Assembly: GCF_036321535.1 (NCBI RefSeq)
Contig: NC_087436.1
Location: 109,928,001 to 109,992,000, forward strand
Direction: 5' to 3'
From: Camelus dromedarius
Taxonomy: Eukaryota
Length of the DNA stretch: 64,000 nt
Positions 50,619 to 62,532 of this stretch are shown piece after piece. Each line of letters opens with the position of its first letter. Position 1 is the stretch's first letter. The notes below the pieces were generated by a model. The model searched no databases, was not told the DNA's origin, and saw only the letters and a program-made list of their open reading frames with translations. A program made the translations under genes and the position numbers.

Positions 50619-52210
50619 CTCTCTCTCATATTCACTCTGCAGATGAAACCCTGTTCAGTACAAAGAATCTGCATCTCTGCACTGCATCACTGTCAAGATG
50701 TAGTTTGGTCCCATGATTTCTAGCAACGTTAGTTGTGTAAGTTTGCACAAGCCAATCAGCTTGACTCCCTTTTTATGAACAATGAAAAAATTCATAGGGA
50801 AGTCACTGGTAACTATGAAATTTAAATGAGAAAATGTGTATGAAAATAAGGCTTTAAAAATTAGATGTACTTAATTTGCTATTATTGTATAAAATTTTGC
50901 TATTCACGATAATGTTATGACACAGTGGTGTGAATGGTGCCACAAGGCACATCCTGGAGGAAGCTGTGTAATCATAACCCAGAGGGTGCATCAGCTCCAC
51001 TGGTCAGAAAAGAGGATTGCAAAGTGGAAAATAAGTTCAGTGTTGGCTATTGTGAGAAGTTGCACGGAAAGTTTTGATCTTGGGTCAGGTTATTTTTTGC
51101 TTATATTTCTCATTGTAAAAACTTGTTTCTTTCCTTTCACCATTTCTCATTTCCACCTCCTGCAGCACTCAATAACTATTTACTTTTTAGGTTTTCAGCC
51201 AAAATTTACTTCCTCCACAACGTCCTCCCTATGTTCCACACAGATTATATTGGATTTATTTTTTATGTGCTTCTAGAGGACATCAAACTTTATCATCCTA
51301 ATATTCTATAAGTGCAAAAAATCATTCAATGTATGTCTTCACCACTGAGAGCACCATAAGGATATGACATAAATCATGTTCTGTTCCCACTATATTTCTA
51401 GTACCTAACATAATATCTGTTATGTATTACATATTTGATAAATTTCTTGAATTAACAACAATGCAATTTTTAAAAGTATGTTGGTTATATGTATCAACTT
51501 TGAATTCTTGTAATACAATTCACCTCTCTATAAAGTTATTATTATTTTTACCTTTCTTTAAGTTTTTTGTATACATGGCTTATCTATTAGATTTTTATTA
51601 TCTATATGCCTCATCAACTTTATGTTAGCCATGATATATTTAGTAAGTATCTCCTACAATAATATTTTGGGACACATTATGTGCTACATGCTATTTTAAA
51701 TTGCTTAATTTTACATATTCTTGTTTTTATGTTGCATATAGTGACTCATTTTATAGGCCTGACCCAATCTATGTGTAGATTCTCTAATATTCCTCTCCAT
51801 TTTACACAAAAGGAATCTAAGATACAGGAAATTCAAATATCTTGCCTCAGGCCAGAACCTTAATTCAAATGGTGAATTTCCAGAACTTATATTCTACCAG
51901 GAACAGAGAGAGATGAGATAAAAAAATTCCCCAGACACAGAAATTAAGTATTTAGTAGCATGGAAATATAATTTAATTGGTAATTTTTATATAATTGTTA
52001 TTGACAATTGGACTGCCCGCAGCATATAATAAAGAGTCTTGGCACTCAGTAGATTCTCAAAAAAAAAAAAGTTGGTTTAATGAAGAATGCTTTGGTTTTA
52101 GCACATAGATTATTTGGACTATTCATACCCTCCCCCTAAAAACATAAAACCTTGTAGATATTTGATGAGTTTTTAAACTTTTTGACTAAAATCATATATA
52201 TATGATTTCT

Positions 52211-53421
52211 GAAAAAGCAACATACATCACTCCTATCACTTTGGAGCAAAATTACATAGTTTGTGAGTTGCATTAAAGAAAAAAGTGCTATATTCCTTTT
52301 TGAGAAGCCACCAGAAGAGGAAAAGTATAATATTTGTCTTCAGTTGTAAAAAGGTTTAGTATCCGTACTGAGTGCTCCGCCAGCTGTTGGTATTCCTAGT
52401 ATTTCTATCTTTGCCTTTCTTGTTTGACAGCCACAGGGAAGAGAATGGAAGTCTGTAATGACTTTGTCTGCAAGAGAGCTGCACTACTCTTTCCTGCTGA
52501 TATTACACCCAGGGGAGGAACTTCCTGGCTGTGAATTGGGTTCTTTAGTTTTATTGTCCAAAGGATGCCAACATGTTTATCCATAGAGCAGGTAAAAATG
52601 CGAGGTACAAAGAAGATGGTGATGGTTTATTAATTTTGCTTCCCTTAGAAGGTAAAAAGATGGTGCAGTAGCTTCTCCAGAAGAAAGCACCTGTGAAAGA
52701 AATCAAAATCAATCTAAAAAACAATTTATAGACATCCAGAAAAAAAAGTGGAATTGTCTTTAGCCCAAGATCAAGATTCAAAAGAAATAGCTCAAAGGTG
52801 TTTTGTCCTCTCAATACATTCATTGTAGCTGATGAAAGGTAAAAGGTATTTGATGGGGACAAGTGACTTGTGCCTGAATGTGACTTGTCTCTTGGTCTTG
52901 CTGTGTCAACATAGGTCACATTTCTTCAGAAAATGCAGAAACAACTCACCAAAGAAATGGTAATCAGTCAAGACAGCAAAGTAATTGAGCTAATGATAAG
53001 GTGGAAGAATTTAGAGCTTACTTCACTGAGAAAATGTCCATTTTTCAGAAAGACGGGGAAAAAATCAGAAGGAACAAAATACAGAAAGGCTAATGGCATT
53101 AGTGACGAAGATGAAAAAGAAGGAGGATGAAGAAGAAATGGAAGAGAAACTGGGAACGCAAAAGGATCTCAACCTCAAACAGTCCCTAACACTGATGAGG
53201 GACAGAAGATCAAGGACATTTCTATGCAGTTCTTGTACAGAAGTGATGAGGAGGAGGAAGAAAGACTTTATGTTGATTTCTTTAAGGTAAAGTGGCACAA
53301 CGTGCTTAGGTTGGACCTTACAGAGAATAAAGCATCACAGAGGAAAGAACCTTCTAAATCCAGTGTCAAGAAAAGAGTGACCAAGATCACAAGAAAAAAA
53401 ATAAAAGCACTGAAGAGAAAT
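52211..53421 (+). pseudogene. DDX10: Processed pseudogene of DEAD-box helicase DDX10 (internal fragment)
   Basis: Across stops and frameshifts it translates EKATYITPITLEQNYIVCEL, FLRSHQKRKSIIF, AVNWVL*FYCPKDANMFIHRAGKNARYKEDG (motif VI-like), LLQKKAPVKEIKIN, FLQKMQKQLTKE, EEFRAYFTEKMSIFQK, EEEMEEKL, DFFKVKWHNVLRLDL, KEPSKSSVKKRVTK. These match recalled DDX10 colinearly with no introns. 5' boundary uncertain by ~80 bp. Confidence 0.93.
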
Positions 53422-53729
53422 ATATGTGATCTATACACATATACTTTTATATATAAAATGTCTTGAAGAAATCTATACATACCTACATGGATATATTTAG
53501 TATTTCTATTGCATTTGTATAATATTTTTAAGTCACAAACATTTATTATTTATTTAAATTTACATTTGCTTACATTACTTTCCTAGGGAACTTTATCTGT
53601 GTGAATGCCTTGGTTCACAATAGCTTCTTAACTTCAGTGTAGTTACTGTATGTAATGTCTACAAATGTCTCAAGGGAGTTGTTAAATTTCTATAATCAAA
53701 AACGTAAATGCAGAATGAAGAGTATGCAT

Positions 53730-53880
53730 TTCATAGAAATATGGAGCTGGAAAGAACCTTAAAATATAGGTGGTCTCTTCTCAGCTGAGAGAATTGAGGC
53801 GCAGAAAGGTTAAGTGACCTCGCCAGCAGCATGCAGTGTACTGGTTCCCAACGGAGTGCTCAGACCGTGTTACTTCTCCA
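53730..53880 (-). mobile_element. MIR/MIR3 fragment
   Basis: 'gagctggaaagaacctta...gagagaattgaggcgcagaaaggttaagtgacct'. Confidence 0.7.
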
Positions 53881-53924
53881 TTAATTCTCCTGTGAGTCAT
53901 TTTATGGCTTGAAGACTCCCTATG

Positions 53925-54800
53925 CAATAAAAGTTTATTGGCCATGTGTCAGGAACTTTGTTAGGTGCTGGAGTTACAACAATTTATGAGACATAGCCTG
54001 TGCCCTAAAGGACATCACAATCTAATGGTAAAGGTAGGCACAAAACATGCTACAGAATCTAATAAGTGAAATGCATACAGAAGAGGGACGTATAACCCAG
54101 CCTAGAGGGGTCAGAGCTGAGACACTCGAAGGAATGACCTCTAATCTGACTCTTAATGAATGAGTAGGGGTAGAAGTTTTCCAGGCAGTCTGGGGGAGCA
54201 GAGGTAGGAGGAGGTCTGTGCATAAGAAGGAATTAGCTGGGCAAAGATGAAGCAGTGTGAAGTACTGCAGAGGGATTGCAGTATAGATAAAATATAAGCA
54301 ATTTGTTGTTGCTGGAGTATGAAAAGTGAAAAGGAAGGTAGCAGGAAGTAAGTCTGCATGAGTATGTCCAGACCTTTCTATGTGTGGTAAACCATATTTA
54401 GAAAATGTGGAGTGACTGTAAAATTTTCAACAGAAGTGTCCCAGTTGGGTTTGTATTATGGAACCCTAGAACCAGTATAATCCAAAGACTGAAGAATGAA
54501 AGCAGGAACTTGGTGCAATAATCCAATTTTGAGATTTTGGGGACATGACTAGAGTGGAGAGATTGATATGAAAGCAGAGGATTAGATGGATGGATGGATA
54601 GATAGATAATAGGTAGATAGGTAGATAGATAGATAGATAGATAATGGATAGATAGGTATAGAAATATACATGATGTGAAATATGTATTTATTTCATATAT
54701 GTATTTGATGTGAAATATCTAGTATTTGGTAAATAATTGAATGCAGTGGCTGAAGGTAAAAGAAAAGTGAAGATAACACCTAAGATCCAAAAGCCAAAGC
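53925..54800 (-). mobile_element. L2 LINE 3' region
   Basis: 'tttattggccatgtgtcaggaactttgttaggtgctggagttacaa...gacatagcctgtgccctaaaggacatcacaatcta'. Confidence 0.75.
54583..54656. repeat. (GGAT)/(GATA)n tetranucleotide microsatellite
   Basis: Imperfect tandem gatg/gata repeats seen directly. Confidence 0.9.
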
Positions 54801-57132
54801 TGCTGCTGATTAGAAGTTCATAAGTGTTCAGGAATTTGGCTAGACTAAGCCTGCAGGTAAAGGTTATTATTGACTTCGGCTGGGAGATGCCAGAATCATG
54901 TCACGTTTTCAAGATTTTACAGCCTTGTTAGAAGAAAGGAAAATGATTCCTCTGAATCAATGAGTGGCACCTCTTACCTGTAGGAGACAACAAAGAACCA
55001 AGATTGTGGTTGGAATGAAGCCTAGACTTATCAAAGTTCATATCTTAAGACATCATGCCAAGCTTATAAACCCACATGTTTTATCCTCTTGGTTAATTCA
55101 AAGAGGAAAAGAAAGAGATTTTTCAGTTCATTAGGTCAAGCAGCCTGTCTGAGAAGGCTTTAAAAGAGGATAAAGATTTTTACTGGTTTTCATGACAAGG
55201 CTATCTGGACACAACTGAATGCTGCTATTCAGAGAGAGATGAGATAATAACACAAGTAAGTTTAGATTTATATTATTCTCTTTACTTTTTTTTTTCCAGA
55301 AGTCAATCTGATCCTTTAAATTCTTTCTTTCATTTAGCATTTCTGTCTCTAAACTGGCATCCCATAACATGGGGATATTGTCCAAATATATTTATGGCAT
55401 AGTTGAAAAGAATTGCCCCCAGTTAACACACTGTCAAAGATATCATCCCTGAAACTGCTAAGTATTTTACAGAGTCATGGAGTCTCAGTAGTTCACTTAA
55501 GAGCGTAGTGTACACATTTGTATCTCAAATATTTCAGGTTTAAACAGGTCCTTATTGACAGCAGATCTACTAATATTACTATATTCTGGAGCAAACATGA
55601 ATGACAGCTAGGATGTCTTTTCAATAATGGAGAATCAGTGTCTTAATAGAAGTAAGAAGAGTTTGAAAATATGACTGTATGTTCTGGAAGCTAAATAATA
55701 CAGAAAATATTTCATTTATCATCTCTGAGTAGCCATGCATGGAAATTTTAAAGAAAGATGTTGTTCAAAATGGGATGTTTTGAAATTCTTTTCTTTCAGT
55801 ACAGTGTTTAAAATCATAAAACACTAGAACCAGAAAACCTGGGATCTGTATGTCTCAAGCATAAAATATTAGGAAGAAAAAAAGTACTGATTGGATTTAT
55901 AGGTTAGTTGGGAGGGTTAAAAGGGGTCAATATTCATAGCACACTGAGAGTTGGGCTCAGATCATGGCAACATTATATAAAAAAATTGGATAAGTGTGAG
56001 CTATTATTATTCTTAGGTGTTGATTCTAATAAATCAGTTCTCTCAGAACCTTTCTGTCTGAGGACTGATATTTTCAGTTTCCGACTTTTCAGTGTTTACT
56101 CACATGCTAAAATTAGGGCAAAAGCTGTATTGTGCACACAAAAAAATCCTCTCAATTGTTGCTATATTACTGTAGTTTTAATTCTTTAGATAATTCTCCA
56201 AATTGGCTCCAAATCTCTATCATCTTTGTCATTAGCACCTAATTCCATAATTAATTCTTGACAGAATTTGGTTCCCAATGCTATTTGCCTTCTGAAACAG
56301 TTGGGAATTGGAAAGAAGCAATGTGATTGCCTTGGCAACATTTTGCTTGGTTTCATGAATCTTGTTTTGGATATATTCTAGGAAGAAGGATCCAAGATTT
56401 GTAGAATTCAAAATCCCATCTTGGCAGCAATAGCGTTTGACTTTGCACAGATTGTTAAAGAGGTGAGGTAGTTTGCTCAGCAGGTGAGAAAATTATTTCT
56501 GTTAGCCATTATGGCTGTCATGATTTGGGGAAGCAATTCAGAAAACTCCTTTCATAATACTCAAAAGGTTTCCTTGACATTCACTAAAAGAATGGGGGAG
56601 GCATTAGTGAAATTAACTTAGCCAAAGTAAAACAATAACCAATATAATCATCATTTCGGAGCTACATTATTCATCCTGTTGGCCATTAATTCAAGAAAAA
56701 TTTATAGAATGGTTTCTGTGTGTCTCTCACAGTTTTCACCTTGCAATAAAATGGTGACTAAAACCTGGGCCTGACATCTTTAGGCTATTGAGAATAGATT
56801 TTAAAAATACTGTTTTGAATGTTAATTCTAAATCTATAATCTATGACTATAATTCAGAAAACATCATTTCTCTTGATCACTTCAAATCAGTCCCAATATT
56901 CTTGTGTATATAATAAAAGCGAAGATATTTAAATTGGATTTTAAACCCAGTAATGTAGAAATAAAGATGATTCTGGGGGAAATTTCCTCAGCCACTGGAT
57001 ATATCCCTATGGTCAACTGTTCATTTACATGTATTCTCATTTTGCTTAGTTGTTCATAATGTTCTAGAAAGTTACTACAGGGACAGTTTCTTATTAGTCT
57101 TTATATTCCCTGCGACTAGAGTAACATCTGAA

Positions 57133-57320
57133 ACAGTGATTCTTAACTCTGGTGTGTATCATTAGTTCATTTTCCTATATAGCCTTCATAGTATGTTTGG
57201 TCTGGACCCACTGCTGGTCTACTGATGAAGAATCTTCAAGGGTACAGACATGTCTGTTTTTAAAATAGTGCAAAGAGGTTTCAGATCTTCAGTTACTGTT
57301 GAGGATTGAGTCCCACTAGT
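57133..57320. mobile_element. hAT-Charlie MITE (MER5-like)
   Basis: 'cagtgattcttaactctgg...ctactgatgaagaatct...tgtttttaaaa...ttgagtcccactag'. Confidence 0.5.
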
Positions 57321-57711
57321 ATAGAACAAGTGTCACCTACTATAATAAAAATACCTTTCTACAAGGAATACTAGGAGCCTAATTCACAGTGTTATTCTTA
57401 TCTATAAGCACCTATTTTGATGAGGAGTGAATCTGGAGATTGTCAACGCAATGCCAGCTGATAGAAAGCATTGCATAGATTCAGATCTTCATACAAATGT
57501 GATATGATTATGGTGATCATGATCTAAGTTCTCAAGTCCCTCACCTTCCATGTTAAAAATCTCATGGGATGGAAATATTTGAAATCTAACCCCAGTAATA
57601 TAACTGATTATCTCTGGAATTTTAGGAAAATTGTTTTAAATCTTTGAGCTTTAGTTTTTCCTACTATAAAATGGAAGCAGTTAGACTTGCCATTCCTATC
57701 TCAAAAAGATC

Positions 57712-58053
57712 TGTGTTAGTCAGTATAGACTAGGCTAAGTTATGGTAAAAAAAATAAAATAACTCTCACACGTCTGTGGTTTATTTTCCACTCATGTGAA
57801 ATTCAATCTAGATTGTTGGACCTCCTCCATCTCGTAACTTTATCATCTGGAACATGTGGTATACAAGGTTGCTGTGGTGGGGGATGGGAGAGATGCAAAG
57901 AAGCACCAACCTCTTTATTGCTTCAATCTGGAAGTGACTCACGTAATTGTCCTTCACATTTCATTTTCCAGTGGTAATCACATGGTCCCAATAAATTGCA
58001 AGGAAACTTGGAAATGTGGAGGATTACCTGATGAGCCTTAACTGTCATTGCAC
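57712..58053 (-). mobile_element. MaLR LTR (MLT1I/J-like)
   Basis: 'tgtgttagtcagtatagactaggcta...tggaagtgactcacgt...ccttcacatttcatt...atcacatggtccca..aattgcaagg...tgcaca'. Confidence 0.75.
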
Positions 58054-58094
58054 AGTACCCTCGATGACTATAATGATAATATTATAACTAACCT

Positions 58095-58290
58095 CCATTA
58101 TTTCATGTAATCTACTCTACCATTCTCTGAAAGGTACTATCATGCTTCCATTTTAGGGATGAAAAAACAGAAGTTTAATCATTTTATGTTTTTCCCTAAG
58201 GTCACATACTTAGTAAGTACTGAAACTGGCAATCAGATTCAAGTATGTTTGATTCCAAAGCTCTTCCTGTAAACCACTATGCTATACAAT
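58095..58290 (-). mobile_element. MIR SINE
   Basis: 'aaggtactat...ccattttagggatgaaaaaacaga...cctaaggtcacatacttagtaagt...gattccaaagc'. Confidence 0.75.
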
Positions 58291-61200
58291 ATAGAGATAT
58301 GGGAGGCAAAATTAATCCTCGTGATGCCAAATGCAGGGCTATTGCTGCTTTAACATTTCATGATCCTTTGGCCAATATCTAGGTTCAAAACTCAACTGCA
58401 GTGGATCCAGTTTGGATGAATTGATATGGGGCTTAGAGATGAGTGATTTCTCACATAAAACTGTTGGTGGCTTTGCCAGTGTGCCAACCCCAATTGTCAC
58501 TGACATATTACCCTATCTTGCCCCAGTACTCACTATCAGCCCAAAGCAGATCCTGGCAAACTCAACTCTATTCCTGTTGTGGCAGCTGGATCACATCAGT
58601 GGTGGTGGCTTGAAAAGCAAGGATTACAGTGACACATGGCATGTTGATACCAAAAGAAATGGAAGAAAACAGCCACAAAATGTGGGAGAGGTGATGTTAC
58701 AAATCAAGCAATCACTTATCTCCAGATGTTTCCTTTGCCTTTAGAAATGACAATGCCATAAACTAAGTACTATTTTTCAGCACATTTAGGGAACCAAGTG
58801 AGAGAACAATTGAATCTTCATCAAACAGCTAGTGATACTTCACTTTCTTATGCACGGGCCCAACTCTGATCTCCCCTCTAGGTAACCTGGACCATTATAA
58901 GATCTGGTAATGGTTTTTCTTTGAGGAGTATTTTCAAAGATGAGCAATTTTTAAATGAACATGTTTTTATATCTGTTTTTAAAGTTAAATATTGCTGATG
59001 TTGATTATGCTAATTTAAATAAATTGATGTAAGTTGATGTTTCATTAATATAATGTTTTGTTCTTTATGAAAATGTGAATGCTTAATGAAAGCATTTTAA
59101 TAGCACAATTTTGACAGCTAAAGTGACAGGTTAATCATCATTATCCTTGTCAGCCGAGGGAGGCTGACATGGGGTTCTAGGAGGTGAGTGGCCCAAACAA
59201 AAAAATGCACGAGGAGTTGCCATACCACCGAGCAGACTTCAGCTGGAGACACCATGGGGTTAACAACACTTTATTGCCACAGGGAGGTGCGTGCCTATGG
59301 TGCACCTGTCCTGCTTTTATCTGTTTTCTGCCAGCACATGCGCAATCTGAGTTTCTTTGTTCATTAGGCTTATAGAATATCTCTAGCACATGCGTACTTC
59401 TTTTTTCTTTGTTCTAAATCTTATATAATTGACACATGTGTGGAGCAATTATTTACTGCATACTATAAACATGCTCTGATCATGGCCTTGGGTCCCACGG
59501 CCTTAACTCATCTCAAGACCAGCTCACAATCCTGTTGATCTATTACAGTACTTTATATATACAACTAGATAATATATTAATTCTTTGACTAAAATTAGAC
59601 TGTAATATACTGTCTGCCATTTTAACTTTTCTAAATAAATCCTGGGCTCTGTTTTGCTTCCCCCCTTTTTTTAGCATATAACAACTCATATTTGTTGCAT
59701 TAAAATGGCATCTGTCTTCAGAGATTACAAAGCAATGATACATGTTTTAATGAACATGCTGCACTGAGAACATTATAATAGAGAAAGCATATTGGCTATG
59801 ATATTAAATGGTCTACAATTCACAAAGTTAAGCTGTAAATGACTACAATATTCCTTGCTATTATTTAATTGTAACTCATTTTCCCAGACATTCAATGTGC
59901 AGTGCCCTTTATATAAATGGGAAGAAGAAGTTAGCAAAGCAGCATCAATTTATATAAAAGCTGATCCATTAATAATTTTGCCTATCAGCTTGAGGTCAAA
60001 ATTCAATTAAATTCCACGGTACTGATGACTCCTTCTACTAGAAATCTGATTCTCACCTACCCTGACAATAAAGTGATCCAGTCTTGGGAATTAGAAGTGT
60101 CATGAGCAATTAGATCAACATGTTTGTATTTTGCAATAAAAACATCAGAAGAAAGAATGCTTTGTAAAATATTACAACTATATTAAATGTGATTGAATTG
60201 TAGAACCAATTCCTGAAATGTAGTTCCTATGCTTACAATTCATTCTAAAAGCTTTATGCTATAGAAGATATTTGTAGTTAGATGAATCTATGTTTACTAT
60301 TGTTTAGTAGTGATTTTTTTGTTTGGCTTTCATTTTAAATTTTTTTGTAAACAAAATATATTTCTTCCCCTAGGCTGTAGTTATAAATTAGCATTTGAAT
60401 TCAATGACAGCATCTTCCTTTTTTTTCCTGTACAATTCTTGTCACAAGTGTGCTGTTTTTAATGGCAAGTCAGTTAATTAGAGACAGTGCGATGTGGAAA
60501 ATGAATGGAGTTAATTGAATTAGTATTAAAATGCTTAGTAATTAATCACTTCTTGCATAGGTATTATTCAGAGCTTAAAATTGTTGGCAAAGCTTATTTG
60601 TATCCATATGTTTTCTCAATATTATTAGCATTAAAAAACATATCTTGGGCATATCCTAAACATTAAAAATTTGCAAAGGAAATATTACTTCACTTAGCAT
60701 TGTGTAAATCTACAGAATTCTCACTATTAGCTCTTTCTTAAGAGCCTATATTTGAATGCTAACTTTCCTATAAAGAGTTAATAAATATGAAAAGAAGACT
60801 CTAGGATAAAATATTACTGTGTGCATAAAATACTGTTTTTAATCATTAGTTTCCCTTCTAACTTGCAGGCTGCTAACTGAACATCAGACACTTTTTACTC
60901 TCAGCATTTCTGACTTGCTTCTAGAATGATATTGGCCTTCAAATCCCAGGTCTTCCAGTGATGTGTGTTTTTTTTTCTGTGTTTTTTTTTTCACTCATCC
61001 TGTTTGCCTGGAAAAATCAACAGCTAGCTCACATTTTGTGAACTTTTCACCTAATTTGTGAGTTAACCTAGAGAAAGCATCCTACTCTCTAAAGCTTATA
61101 GTTTTCTCTCCTTTGGAAATAGAGAGGTATGGGGAAAGATGATATATTATTGATGAATTGGATAATTAAGAATGGAAGGTTGGCATGAAGAGGTTTTTTT

Positions 61201-62532
61201 TTTTTTCATTTAAATTATTGCTTCAGTTCTGCTGTCGAATAGCTTTGAATTTGGTTGCAAAAATCAAGGAAATGTGCTAACATGATTTTTGTACAAGTTT
61301 GTGATGCCAGTTTTTATTCATTCATTTACTCATTCGTTCACTTATCCGTTGATATGTTCACCAGCTGGCATTGTGTTAACGAACTCCAGATTCACTCCTC
61401 ATCAAAATAGGTGCTTATAGATAAGAATAGCACTGTATATTAAGCTACTAGTATTCCTTGTAAGAAAGGTATTTTTATTATAGTAGGTGTCACTTGATGG
61501 TAGGTTAGTTATTGAAATATGTGCTTCACAGGAAAAAAAATTTCTTGGACTGATTTTCCATACATGTAGTGTTTCACAGGCTAAGCTTGTCACCTTGAAA
61601 TTGCAGAGATATGGAATGTGGATCATTTTTCCCTTCCAGAAATAAAATCAGTAATTCAGCATTAATTCAGGGAAAGTGAACTGAAATTTGCTTATCTTAT
61701 TTCTGGGGAAATTGTAGCTTTTTTGAATCTTTACTCCTTTTGCTAAACCCGAAAGGATCTAATAGTCATTCTGAAATGAATGAATTGAACTGAACACAAT
61801 TTTTACTGCCTGAGTTAACTGATCATATTGATGCCATCCCCACCCCCGAACCCCCCCACCCACCAACTCCCACTCCTTATTTGCCAAGTGGAACAAGCAC
61901 TTCAGAATTACATCTTCTCTATGGTTTCAAGGAAATTGCTTGCCTTTTAACCACTTTTTAATGTTAATAGTTGTGGGTTTTTTTTTTTTTTTGGACAAAT
62001 TGATATTCATTATGTTTCCTTTGGAAAAATGTATTCAAATTTTTAAAAGTTCTGAATAACACCTTTAGCTGGTTTTATTTTCATTTTCAGCACTCACCTA
62101 GAGCCCATCTAACACAGTTCATACAAAAGCATTTGCTTTTTTGTGCCGATTCTAAAGAACAATAGTGTTTTTTAAAGAGAAAACTTTGCTTTTAACAATC
62201 TCATCTGAGTTTTTACCAACTCTTAAATAAATGAAAAATATAATGAGTGCTGAATATTTCAACAGACTTAAGATCTACTTTTCGTTCTTCTAATAAAGCT
62301 ATATATGAGAATAGGAAAGTCACCTACACTTACCGAGTTTTAATTTAAAATCCAGTAGTGTGGGAAGACACAGATCTCTAGGGTCACTTCCATTTCTAAC
62401 TCTGTACATTGGTGTATGCTTGACACTTTCATTTCATCTCCTTTTACCTGTATTTGTGCAATGTATTTCTAACTAATCCCCTGTATCAAATCCCTTCTTT
62501 ACCACCCACAAAACAGTTTTCTGCAGCCACTC

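Noticed and set aside
52933..53466. Three overlapping + strand ORFs rich in charged residues
   Set aside because: Frameshifted pieces of the DDX10 pseudogene; not independent CDSs.
56464..56480. let-7-like 'tgaggtagtttg'
   Set aside because: Only a short seed-length match, with no complementary arm for a pre-miRNA hairpin.
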